Shown in pieces: positions 26,646 through 38,635 of a DNA stretch of 64,000 nt. Position numbers and translations under genes: made by a program. The notes under the pieces were generated by a model, which made no database searches, was not told where the DNA came from, and saw only the letters and a list, made by a program, of their open reading frames with translations. Source of the stretch: Tubiluchus corallicola (Eukaryota; Animalia; Priapulida). The DNA lies in the NCBI GenBank assembly GCA_030141605.1, contig JAQGDQ010000249.1, positions 122,510-186,509 on the forward strand, in the 5' to 3' direction. Numbering within the stretch: the first letter of the stretch is position 1; every line of letters begins with the position of its first letter.

Positions 26646-28028
26646 TCACATGAACTTCTTGTAAGCAAGCTCGCTAATAAATGTAAACAATGCTACACCG
26701 ATTCCAGATACCAACCCCCAAAAAACTACGTCAAGTTGCTCCACATTAATTGATAACGTGCCTACATGCTGAACAGGTGAGTCTAAACACTTTTCCGATG
26801 GTAGCAGTAACTGTTGTAGCAGTTTGTCCACAAGACCGTGTTCTTTTAATGTAGCAAGAGCAAAATTTAGGACTTCTGTATAATTACTGTTCTTTGGTAC
26901 AGCTAGTGCTAATGGTGTCGAAAAACTTAAAGATGAAGCAATGGAATATCTGCATTTTCCGTGTAATTCATAATCCTTAATTAAGTAGAACTTTGCATAA
27001 GTGTCTTCTGTAAAGAATGTGTATTTTCCAGTAGATGTCAGCTCTAATGCCGTCTCTGCACTGTCGGCAGGTACATTAGGATCCATTTTCATTCTCTGCC
27101 ACAGTTGTCTAAATTCCGGTCTGTTTTTCATTTGCATGGTGGCGGCCAACTGACCTACTGTAACAGGAACTATGTCGCTGTCTTTCAACTCTTGCAATGT
27201 AGTGAATGGATAAACTTGCTTACTTACAAATAATTTACTAACCAGTGTGCCCGTGTACATGGCTGTGATGATGCAAGCAAAAATCCACCACCATCCGATA
27301 AGCATCCTAGCGGATAAACATTGTGGTAAATATGTTCCACCTTGTTGGAGGTACGACGATAGTGTGAACCGAGTAAAGTACGCCTTACTTTCATTCTTTA
27401 TCACTGGTTTTTCCAGTTTTCTTTGGCAGTTGTTGCATTTCGTAATACCTTCCTCATTGTACGGCAGATTTTTGCTGTAGTCAATATAGTAGAGTATTGT
27501 ACCCACTACTACGCCATATAATACCAGAAGCAGCCACACGAGTGTGGTGAATGGGTCTACTATACTGAAACCTTGTAATTGATGTCTTTTTGTGATAAAT
27601 ACCTGAGAATTATAAACAAGTGGGTGAAGAAACGTCATGCTTTTTGCTCTTTCTGGTATCATTGTGACTAAGCACAAAAACAAGTCGAATTCTCCTGTAT
27701 CGATTATATTTTCTGGAGTTTCAAAACGTTTGATGTACGTCACCTTGTACGTAAAGTTTGCTGCTTGGCTGAGCATCATAAGCAGTTGATCTAGATATGG
27801 CTTCATCGGATGGTCTTTCCATGCTCCAACTCGAAGCATCTCTCCATGGAGTGAATAACCCTGTGTTCTGAAGTTTTTACCATAAAGCACATCTAAATTG
27901 TTCTGGTTATACAGTCTGTTGCAATTTTCAGTCATTGGTTTAGTCTTACACAACGTTCCTTTGATGCAAAAACATTCAAGGAAATAAAAAACAATGGCAC
28001 ACGTTTTGAGAAATGATGCAAATGACAT
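26646..28028 (-). CDS. IR/iGluR-like subunit, copy 7 (460 aa)
   Basis: 1383-nt ORF with the same motifs. Confidence 0.92.
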   Translation of the reverse strand: MSFASFLKTCAIVFYFLECFCIKGTLCKTKPMTENCNRLYNQNNLDVLYGKNFRTQGYSLHGEMLRVGAWKDHPMKPYLDQLLMMLSQAANFTYKVTYIKRFETPENIIDTGEFDLFLCLVTMIPERAKSMTFLHPLVYNSQVFITKRHQLQGFSIVDPFTTLVWLLLVLYGVVVGTILYYIDYSKNLPYNEEGITKCNNCQRKLEKPVIKNESKAYFTRFTLSSYLQQGGTYLPQCLSARMLIGWWWIFACIITAMYTGTLVSKLFVSKQVYPFTTLQELKDSDIVPVTVGQLAATMQMKNRPEFRQLWQRMKMDPNVPADSAETALELTSTGKYTFFTEDTYAKFYLIKDYELHGKCRYSIASSLSFSTPLALAVPKNSNYTEVLNFALATLKEHGLVDKLLQQLLLPSEKCLDSPVQHVGTLSINVEQLDVVFWGLVSGIGVALFTFISELAYKKFM

Positions 28029-28599
28029 TTTTTGCTTTGGAAAATCGAATCATGAACGTTAGCTGATTCACGTTATACAGTCATAATATGGCTATGCAGC
28101 GAAGATGAAAATGTTTTCAGCTAACCGCTTTTATACTACAATGCCAATGTGTTGTGGTCGATTACTTTGTAAATATATTTGCATTGATCGTAATTGTCTG
28201 TACGCTAATTGACAGGAGCCCATTCTGCGTGTTTTTTTCTGTCAAACTGTCTAGTGTTCAATTATGCTTCTTCTGTTGCCTGCTGAAGTTGATGTTACCT
28301 CAACACCTAAACTAACAGCATATTGAAAAGCAGAATGCTGCAGAACATGCACTTTCGAAAACGTTATTGGCTATGTATTTGTTTGCTAGGTATCAAAAGA
28401 TTTGGCTTTTGTATGCGGCACTGGCGCTAGCGAATGTGGAAACAACACAAGAGCAAACATAAAACACTTAACACTATCAGAGACGTGCAAACTGCAAATT
28501 AGATTAGAAAGAACAAAAAGGCAACAGTATAGAAGGAAGTAGAATAAAATAGAATAGATAAAAATGCAATAGGAGGGGAAACGGGAGAGGAAGAAAAGA

Positions 28600-29097
28600 G
28601 TTGAACAAGATTTTCTATCATTTGCATAATGAATGTCTGCATCAGTTCATAAACAAAACCACTCACATTTCACCAGAGTCAAAATCATGTTTAGATCTTA
28701 TCATTACAAATATTTCAAACTGGTTTACTGGGATGTTTGTACAGACAGCGACTGCTGATGCATGCAGACACTGTCCTATATTGAGCCATATGAAATTTAT
28801 ATATATATTAAGTAAAAAGGTATGTGAGGAGAGTTTAGAAGTATCAACTTCATATTTTTCCTAATCAATTATCAAATGTCATCTGGATGCTTTAATAACT
28901 CTTAATGTAAACCAAACATGCAAGTTAATTATTGGTGCATGTACAAACTGTGTTGTGGATCTATCCCAAATCAAACAGTAATGGTTCATCCCGGAAATGA
29001 GCCATGGATGAATCCCAACATAAGAACACAAAAGCATCATCGCGACAGGTTATATAAATAAATCTAAGGAAAAATCCTAACACTCTACATTGGGATC
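28600..29097 (+). mobile_element. Decayed CR1/L2-type LINE ORF2 fragment (APE endonuclease C-terminus and linker); representative of 10 copies
   Basis: Translates as LHQFINKTTHISPESKSCLDLIITN...HCPI (APE motif QLI-EPTR...S-LDLI-TN...SDH-PI). Sister copies read PNQTVMIRPGNDPWMNPNI...RNRLY (linker PW motif). Other copies at about 3425-3916, 7337-7833, 11201-11696, 15546-16045, 19624-20130, 24807-25318, 32466-32957, 36380-36876 and 40306-40822. Confidence 0.78.
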
Positions 29098-30789
29098 AAA
29101 GTTGTAAGAAATGTCAGGTCAGGATGTGGAATTAATAGACACAGAATCATCTTTCTGCGGATTTTCAAAATTTTGATTTCTTAAATTTTACGCATTTTTT
29201 TTAAAATTTTCACTAATATGGGGCCCTATAGGAGAAAAAGTATCAAACAACATCTCCTTTGAAATCGCCAAGTGGATTCACTCAAAACGAATCACGGATC
29301 ACCCTAAGAACAGAGTAGAATAAAACAGAAATTTATTTTTTACATGGATTTGAATCAGAATTGCATATAATACAATATTTCCAGGATGGCTCACGCATGA
29401 TTATCACTTTAAATAGATAATTTCAAATAAGTGAAATTAAACAAATAAAAATTACACATTAATAGCATACATTAAGTTAAATGAGCATTTTAATTAAAGC
29501 CTTAAGCATCAAGAATTAGGAATTTTAAATTGTTAATAAGTTTCATAAAATAAGTCTAATAAGAGTCATAAAGTTAAAATTCATAAAATTAATAAATTAT
29601 AATTGAAAAATGAAAAATTTAAAGATTAAAGAACAGTTAAAAACTATTTACTAAATATAACAGAACTAGATTAGGGGTAAAACAACATTTTAGACTAAAA
29701 GTACTAAGAAGTAAAAGTACTGATAAATGTCATACACAGTTAAGAAAAATTAAGTTGATTAAAGATTAAAATCAGAATGATAAAATCTAAAAGTTGCCAA
29801 GATTTCAAAAATGACACAACAGATTAAAATATAATTTAATTTAAAATAGAATTAAGCAATGCTTCCTTTAACTGTTTTTCTGATAAACCATATAATAGTT
29901 GTTAAATGATTTCCAACATTTTTGAGATTTGTATTTTCTATGATTTTTTCAATTTTTGCTATTTCTTCCCTTTGTTTAGTATTTGGGTCATCCGTCATAG
30001 CTGCATTTTATTATAACACAAAATGTATCTGACAGAGTTTAAGCAAACCACATTATTAATATGTTGCCAGTAAGTCATTCATTTGAAAATAATTTGTATT
30101 GCTCACTTTGATATTAAATAATTAAGAGGCGTATATATTTCCAAGTTTTCTGACACCAGGCCCAGGGCTTTATATAGGTTAGGGCCTCACCAACTCTAAA
30201 TCAGGAACCAGACCTACAGTCACCATGCCTACATCATGTACTGTAGACTGAAGAGCATGGTTAATGGAATTCGGCAATAATAATATTGTGATCTACATTA
30301 TACCACGTTTATTAAGCCATGTCGTATGCAGCGTTCTACTAAGGTAACACAAGCAATTTAGCATTTTCACTGAAACTAGCAGTTAAAATCGTAATGTGGT
30401 GAACGCTTTCACGTAAGACTTCTTGCTTGGGAGGCTGTTCCAGACAGGCGAGATAATTTCAGTACATTTCTTAAAAACTGTACCGGGAATTTGGTTCAAG
30501 TTACGCGATAATCTGAGTTACACGATGTTTATTAAAAGGAAAAATCTGTTCCACAAGATCTGTTTAAGATATGCAAGAATTCAAGTTATACCAGTTGAAG
30601 TTATACATAGTTTACCGTATCAGATAAACAACTGACTTTTACAATGAGATATCTTATCTACTCGCATATGAAACATACTCCAGTCAATTTCATCATTTAG
30701 TTTGAATTTAGCATATTCACTCTTAGCTGATAGACGATTATCATGTACAAATCCGTCAGCAATGAGCTCAGCACATAAACTATTGCTTT

Positions 30790-32172
30790 TCACATAAATT
30801 TCTTGTAAGCAAGCTCGCTAATAAATGTAAACAATGCTACACAGATTCCAGATATCATCACCCAAAAAACTACATTAAGTTGCTTCACATTAATTGATAA
30901 CGTGCCTACATGCTGAACAGGTGAGTCTAAACACTTTGCCGATGGTTGCAGTAACTGTTGTAGCAGTTTGTCCACAAGACCGTGTTCCTTTAATGTAGCA
31001 AGAGCAAAATTTAGGACTTCTGTGTAGTTACTGTTCTTTGGTACAACTAATGCTGATGGTAACGAAAATCTCAAAAATGGAGAAACAGAAAATCTACATT
31101 TTTCATATAATTCATAATCCTTAATTAAGAAGAACTTTGCATAAGTCCCTATTGTAAACAAGGTGTATTTTCCAGTAGATGTCAGCTCTAATGCCATCTC
31201 TGCACTGTCGGCAGGTATGTTAGGATCCGTTTTCATTCTCTGCCACAGTTGTCTAAATTCCGGTCTGTTTTTCATTTGCAAGGTGGAGCTGTGCCGACCT
31301 AGTGTAACAGGGATTATGTCGCTGTCTTTCAACTCTTGCAATGTAGTGAATGGATAAACTTGCTTGCTTACAAATAATTTACTAACCAGTGTGCCTGTGT
31401 ACATGGCTGTGATGATGCAAGCAAAAATCCACCACCATCCGATAAGCATCCTAGCGGATAAACGTTTTGGTAAATATGTTTCACCTTGTTGGAGGTATGA
31501 CGATAGTGTGAACCGAGTAAAGTACGCCTTACTTTCATTCTTTATCACTGGTTTTTCCAGTTTTCTTTGGCAATTGCTGCATTTTAAAATCTCTTCCTTG
31601 TTGTACGGCAGGTTTTTGCTGTAGTCAATATAGTAAAGTATTGTACCCACTACTACGCCATATAATACCAGAAGCAGCCACACGAGTGTGGTGAATGGAT
31701 CTATTATACTGAAACCTTGTAATTGATTTCTTTTTGTGATAAATACATGAGAATTATAAACAAGTGGGTGAAGAAACGTCATACTTTTTGCTCTTTCTGG
31801 TAACATTGTGACTAATCCCAAAACCAAGTCGAATTCTCCTGTATCAATTGTATTTTCTAGAGTTTCCGAACGTTTAATGTATGTCACCTTGTACGTGAAG
31901 TTTGCTGCTTGGCTAAGCATCGTGAGCAGCTGATCTAGATATGGCTTCATAACATCTTCTCTCCATGCTCCCACTCGAAGCAACTCTCCGTGGAGTGAAT
32001 AACCCTGTGTTCTGGAGTTTTTACCATAAAACGCATCTAAATTGTACTGGTTATAGAAGCTGTTACAATTTTCAGTCCTTGTTTTAGTTTTACACAACAT
32101 TCCTTTGATGCAAAAACATTCAAGAAAATAAAAAACGATGGCACAAGTTTTGAGAAATGATGCAAGTGACAT
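30790..32172 (-). CDS. IR/iGluR-like subunit, copy 8 (460 aa)
   Basis: 1383-nt ORF, very close to copy 3; pore variant QQGE. Confidence 0.92.
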   Translation of the reverse strand: MSLASFLKTCAIVFYFLECFCIKGMLCKTKTRTENCNSFYNQYNLDAFYGKNSRTQGYSLHGELLRVGAWREDVMKPYLDQLLTMLSQAANFTYKVTYIKRSETLENTIDTGEFDLVLGLVTMLPERAKSMTFLHPLVYNSHVFITKRNQLQGFSIIDPFTTLVWLLLVLYGVVVGTILYYIDYSKNLPYNKEEILKCSNCQRKLEKPVIKNESKAYFTRFTLSSYLQQGETYLPKRLSARMLIGWWWIFACIITAMYTGTLVSKLFVSKQVYPFTTLQELKDSDIIPVTLGRHSSTLQMKNRPEFRQLWQRMKTDPNIPADSAEMALELTSTGKYTLFTIGTYAKFFLIKDYELYEKCRFSVSPFLRFSLPSALVVPKNSNYTEVLNFALATLKEHGLVDKLLQQLLQPSAKCLDSPVQHVGTLSINVKQLNVVFWVMISGICVALFTFISELAYKKFM

Positions 32173-34424
32173 TTTTGCTTTGTAGGTTTGAATAATAGAC
32201 TTAGCTGATTCACGTTATACAGTCATAATATGCCTATCCAGGGAGGATGACGATGAAAATGTTTTCAGCTGACCACTTATTCTACAATACTAATGTTATG
32301 GTCGATTGCTTTGTAAATATATTTAATAATGTTGTTTAATAAGGCTTCTCTTGTTGCCAACTGTGTTAATATTATCACATAGCTAATGTTACATCAACAC
32401 CTAACCTAATAATATATTTCAAAGCAGAAATTGGAGAGGAGAGGAAATGGGAGGAGAAGAGAAGAATTGAATCAGAATTTGTATCATTTACGTAATTAAA
32501 GCCTGCATCCATTAATAAACGAAGCCACTCACATTTCAGCAGAGTCAAAATCATGTTTAGATCTTATCATTACAAATATTCCAAACTGGTTTGCTGGGAC
32601 GTTTGTACAGACAGCGACTGCTGATGCATGCAGACACTGTCCTATATTGAGCCATATGAAATCTATATATGTATTAAGTAAAAAGGTAAGTGAGAAAAGT
32701 TTAGAATTACGAAAAAAAATTTAATCAATTATCAAATGTCTTCTGGATGCTTTAATAACTGTCAGTATAAACCAAACATACAAGTTAATTATTGATGCAT
32801 GTACAAACTGTGTTGTGGATCTATCCCAAATCAAACAGCAATGGTTCATCCTGGAAACGATCCTTGGATGAATCCCAACATAAGAACACAAAAGCTTCGT
32901 CGCAACAGGTTATATAAATAAATCTAAGGAAAACTCCTAACACTCCACATTGGGATCAAAGCTGTAAGAAATGTCAGGTCAGGATGTGGAATTAACAGAC
33001 ACAGAATCACCTTTTTTGGTATTTTCAAAAATTTTAATTTTTAATTTTTACAATTTTTTTAAATTTTCGCTAACACAGGACCCTATAGGAGAAAAAGTTT
33101 CAAACAACATCTCCTTTTAAATCGCCAAGTGGATTCACACAAAACAAATCATGGATCATCCTAAGAACAGAATAAAATAGAATTTATTTTTTATATGGAT
33201 GTGGATCAAAATTGAATATAATACAATATTTCCACGATGGTTCATGCATGATTAGCACTTTAAATAGCTAATTTCAAATAAGTGAAATTAAACAAATAAA
33301 AATTACACATTAATAGCATACATTAAATTAAATTAACATTTTAATTAAAACCCCAACCATCAAGAATTAGGAATTTTAAATTGTTAATAAGTTTCAGAAA
33401 ATAACTCTAATAAGAGCCATAAAGTTAAAATTAAAATAATTCTTAAAGTATAATTGAAAAATGAAAAATTTAAAGATTAAAAAACAGTTAAAAATTATTT
33501 ACTAAATGTAACATAACTACATTAGGGGTAAAACAATATTTTAGACTAAAATACTAAGAAGTAAAAGTACTGATAAAAGTCATACACAATTAAGAAAAAT
33601 TAAATGTTTATAATTATCATTGCTAAACAGTAATTAAGAACAAAACTACATAAGGTCAAAATTAAGGTGATTAAAGATTAAAATCAGAATCATAAAATCT
33701 AAAAGTTGCTAAGATTTCAAAAATGAGATAACAGTTTAAAATATAATTTAATTTAAAATAGTATTAAGCAATGGTTTCTTTAACTGTTTTTCTGATAAAC
33801 CATATAAAAGTTGCTAAATGATTTCCAAAATTTTCGAGATTTGTATTTTTTATGATTTTTTTCAATTTTTGCTATTTTTTTCCTTTGTTTAGTATTTGGG
33901 TCGTCCGTCATAGCTGCATTTTATTATAACACAAAATGTATATGACAGAGTTTAAGCAAACCACATTATTAATATGTTGCCAGTAAGTCATTCATTTGAA
34001 AATAATTTGTATTGCTCACTTTGATATTAAATAATTAAGAGGCGTATATATTTCCAAGTTTTCTGAGACCAGGCCCAGGGCTTCACATAGTCTAGGGCCT
34101 CACCAAGTCTAAATCAGGAACCAGACCTACAGTCTACATGTCTGCATCGTGCACTGTATTCATGGCTGAAGAAACAGTCACAATACAAGATTATTTAAAG
34201 GAAACAGTCTGAAAAACATAGTGGTTTAAATGCGTCAAATCAGTGACAGTTTTTATGCTATCATAATGCTGAACTGCAAGACACACTTCATTTTTAGCTG
34301 CACATGTACTGCCATTATTAGATAAGAAAACTGTTTGAGATCAGCCAACAAGCAGCAGTTATTGATGACCTTGAAAAGGGTAAATGATTGGAGATTGAAG
34401 GGTTAGTACAATATCTGTTGCTTT

Positions 34425-35807
34425 TCACATGAACTTCTTGTAAGCAAGCTCGCTAATAAATGTAAACAATGCTACACCGATTCCAGACATCAACACCCAA
34501 AAAACTACGTCAAGTTGCTCCACATTAATTGATAACGTGCCTACATGCTGAACAGGTGAGTCTAAACATTTTTCCAAAGGCTGCAGTAACTGTTGTAGCA
34601 GTTCATCCACAAGACCGTGTTCTTTTAATATAACAAGAGCAAAATTTAGGACTTCAGTATAGTTACTTTTCTTTGGTACAACTAATGCTAATGGTGTCGA
34701 AAAACTTAAAGATGAAGCAATGGAAAATCTGCATTTTCCGTGTAATTCATAATCCTTAATTAAGTGGATCTTTGCATAAGTCTTTTCGTTGAAGAATGTG
34801 TATTTTCCAGTAGATGTCAGCTCTAATGCCGTCTCTGCACTGTCGGCAGGTACATTAGGATCCATTTTCATTCTCTGCCACAGTTGTCTAAATTCAGGCC
34901 TGTTTTTCATTTGCATGGTGCCGCTCAACTGACCTAGTGTAACAGGAACTATGTCGCTGTCTATCAACTCTTGCAACGTAGAGAATGAATAAACTTGCTT
35001 GCTTACAAATAATTTACTAACCAGTGTGCCCGTGTACATGGCTGTGATGATGCAAGCAAAAATCCACCACCATCCGATAAGCATCCTAGCGGATAAACAT
35101 TGTGGTAAATATGTTCCACCTTGTTGGAGGTATGACGATAGTGTGAACCGAGTAAAGTACGCCTTGTTTTCATTCTTTATCACTGGTTTTTCCAGTTTTC
35201 TTTGGCAGTTGTTGCATTTCGTAATCCCTTCCTCATTGTACGGCAGATTTTTGCTGTAGTCAATATAGTAAAGTATTGTACCCACTACTATGCCATATAA
35301 TACCAGAAGCAGCCACACGAGTGTGGTGAATGGGTCTACTATACTGAAACCTTGTAATTGATGTCTTTTTGTGATAAATACATGAGAATTATAAGCAAGT
35401 GGGTGAAGAAACGTCATGCTTTTTGTTCTTTCTGGTAACATGGTGACTAAGCACAAAAACAAGTCGAATTCTCCTGTATCAATTATATTTTCTGGAGTTT
35501 CAAAACGTTTGATGTACGTCACCTTGTACGTAAAGTTTGCTGCTTGGCTGAGCATCATAAGCAGTTGATCTAGATATGGCTTCATCGGATGGTCTCTCCA
35601 TGCTCCAACTCGAAGCATCTCTCCATGGAGTGAATAACCCTGTGTTCTGAAGTTTTTACCATAAAGCACATCTAAATTGTTCTGGTTATACAGTCTGTTG
35701 CAATTTTCAGTCATTGGTTTAGTCTTACACAACGTTCCTTTGATGCAAAAACATTCAAGGAAATAAAAAACAATGGCACACGTTTTGAGAAATGATGCAA
35801 ATGACAT
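34425..35807 (-). CDS. IR/iGluR-like subunit, copy 9 (460 aa)
   Basis: 1383-nt ORF; N-terminal half like copy 7, S2 like copy 2. Confidence 0.92.
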   Translation of the reverse strand: MSFASFLKTCAIVFYFLECFCIKGTLCKTKPMTENCNRLYNQNNLDVLYGKNFRTQGYSLHGEMLRVGAWRDHPMKPYLDQLLMMLSQAANFTYKVTYIKRFETPENIIDTGEFDLFLCLVTMLPERTKSMTFLHPLAYNSHVFITKRHQLQGFSIVDPFTTLVWLLLVLYGIVVGTILYYIDYSKNLPYNEEGITKCNNCQRKLEKPVIKNENKAYFTRFTLSSYLQQGGTYLPQCLSARMLIGWWWIFACIITAMYTGTLVSKLFVSKQVYSFSTLQELIDSDIVPVTLGQLSGTMQMKNRPEFRQLWQRMKMDPNVPADSAETALELTSTGKYTFFNEKTYAKIHLIKDYELHGKCRFSIASSLSFSTPLALVVPKKSNYTEVLNFALVILKEHGLVDELLQQLLQPLEKCLDSPVQHVGTLSINVEQLDVVFWVLMSGIGVALFTFISELAYKKFM

Positions 35808-38635
35808 TTTTTGCTTTGGAAAATCGAATCATGAACGTTAGCTGATTCACGTTATACAGTCATAATATGGCTATGCAGCGAAGATGAAAATGTTTTCAGC
35901 TAACCGCTTTTATACTACAATGCCAATGTGTTGTGGTCGATTACTTTGTAAATATATTTGCATTGATCGTAATTGTCTGTACGCTAATTGACAGGAGCCC
36001 ATTCTGCGTGTTTTTTTTCTGTCAAACTGTCTAGTGTTCAATTAGGCTTCTTCTGTTGCCTGCTGAAGTTGATGTTACCTCAACACCTAAACTAACAGCA
36101 TATTGAAAAGCAGAATGCTGCAGAACATGCACTTTCGAAAACGTTATTGGCTATGTATTTGTTTGCTAGGTATCAAAAGATTTGGCTTTTGTATGCGGCA
36201 CTGGCGCTAGCGAATGTGGAAACAACACAAGAGCAAACATAAAACACTTAACACTATCAGAGACGTGCAAACTGCAAATTAGATTAGAAAGAACAAAAAG
36301 GCAACAGTATAGAAGGAAGTAGAATAAAATAGAATAGATAAAAATGCAATAGGAGGGGAAACGGGAGAGGAAGAAAAGAGTTGAACAAGATTTTCTATCA
36401 TTTGCATAATTAATGTCTGCATCAGTTCATAAACAAAACCACTCACATTTCACCAGAGTCAAAATCATGTTTAGATCTTATCATTACAAATATTTCAAAC
36501 TGGTTTACTGGGACGTTTGTACAGACAGCAACTGCTGATGCATGCAGACACTGTCCTATATTGAGCCATATGAAATTTATATATATATTAAGTAAAAAGG
36601 CATGTGAGAAAAGTTTAGAAGTATCAACTTCATATTTTTCCTAATCAATTATCAAATGTCATCTGGATGCTTTAATAACTCTCAATGTAAACCAAACATG
36701 CAAGTTAATTATTGATGCATGTACAAACTGTGTTGTGGATCTATCCCAAATCAAACAGTAATGGTTCATCCTGGAAACGATCCTTGGATGAATCCCAACA
36801 TAAGAACACAAAAGCTTCGTCGCAACAGGTTATATAATAAATCTAAGGAAAACTCCTAACACTCTACAATGGGATCAAAGTTGTAAGAAATGTCAGGTCA
36901 GGATGTGGAATTAATAGACACAGAATCATCTTTCTGCGTATTTTCAAAATTTTGATTTCTTAAATTTTACGCATTTTTTTTTAAATTTTCACTAATATGG
37001 GGCCCTATAGGAGAAAAAGTTTCAAACAACATCTGCTTTGAAATCGCCAAGTGGATTCACTCTAAGCGAATCACGGATCACCCTAAGAACAGAGTAGAAT
37101 AAAACAGAAATTTATTTTTTACATGGATTTGAATCAGAATTGCATATAATACAATTTTTCCACGATGGTTCATGCATGATTATCACTTTAAATAGATAAT
37201 TTCAAATAAGTGAAATTAAACAAATAAAAATTACACATTAATAGCACACATTAAGTTAAATGAGCATTTTAATTAAAACCTTAAGCATCAAGAATTAGGA
37301 ATTTTAAGTTGTTAATAAGTTTCATAAAATAAGTCTAATAAGAGTCATAAAGTTAAAATTCATAAAATTCATAAAGTATAATTGAAAAGTGAAAAATTGA
37401 AAGATTAAAAACAGTTAAGAATTATTTACTAAATGTAGCACAACTAGATTAGGGGTAAAACACCATTTTAGACTAAAAGTACTAAGAAGTAAAAGTAAAA
37501 GTACTGAGAAAAGTCACAACCGATTAAGAAAAATTAAATATTTAAAATTATCATTGCTAAACAGTAATTAAGAACAAAACTACATAAAGTCAAAATTAAG
37601 CTGATTAAAGATTAAAATCAGAATGATGAAATCTAAAAGTTAGTACGATTTCAAAAATGACACAACAGATTAAAATATAATTTAATATAAAATAGAATTA
37701 AGCAATGCTTTCTTTAACTGTTTTTCTGATAAACCATATAAAAGTTGTTAAATGATTTCCAACATTTTTGAGATTTGTATTTTCTATGATTTTTTCAATT
37801 TTTGCTATTTCTTCCCTTTGTTTAGTATTTGGGTCATCCGTCATAGCTACATTTTATTATAATACAAAATGTATATGACAGAGTTTAAGCCAACCAAATT
37901 ATTAATATGTTGCCAGTAAGTCATTCATTCGAAAATAATTTGTATTGCTCACTTTGATATTAAATAATTAAGAGGCGTATATATTTCCAAGTTTTCTGAG
38001 ACCAGGCCCAGGGCTTTATATAGGTTAGGGCCTCACCAACTCTAAATCAGGAACCAGACCTACAGTCACCATGCCTACATCGTGTATTGTAGACTGAAGA
38101 GCATGGTTAATGGAATTCGGCAATAATAATATTGTGATCTACATTATACCATGTTTATTAAGCCATGTCGTATGCAGCGTTCTACTAAGGTAACACAAGC
38201 AATTGAGCATTTTCACTGAAACTAGCAGTTAAAATCGTAATGTGGTGAACGCTTTCACGTAAGACTTCTTGCTTGGGAGGCTGTTCCAGACAGGCGAGAT
38301 AATTTCAGTACATTTCTTAAAAACTGTACCGGGAATTTGGTTCAAGTTACGCGATAATCTGAGTTACACGATGTTTATTAAAAGGAAAAATCTGTTCCAC
38401 AAGATCTGTTTAAGATATGCAAGAATTCAAGTTATACCAGTTGAAGTTATACATAGTTTACCGTATCAGATAAACAACTGACTTTTACAATGAGATATCT
38501 TATCTACTCGCATATGAAACATACTCCAGTCAATTTCATCATTTAGTTTGAATTTAGCATATTCACTCTTAGCTGATAGACGATTATCATGTACAAATCC
38601 GTCAGCAATGAGCTCAGCACATAAACTATTGCTTT

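Noticed and set aside
2014-35259. Recurrent plus-strand 68-86 aa ORF MLTNNLLTSVPVYMAVMMQAKIHHHP...
   Set aside because: Antisense shadow of the conserved M3/pore codons; mostly non-ATG starts, truncated in some copies, no independent signal.
9158-38481. Repeated 70-aa plus-strand ORF MLGRLFQTGEIISVHF...
   Set aside because: TTG start, disrupted in other homologous spacers, identical only because of recent duplication.
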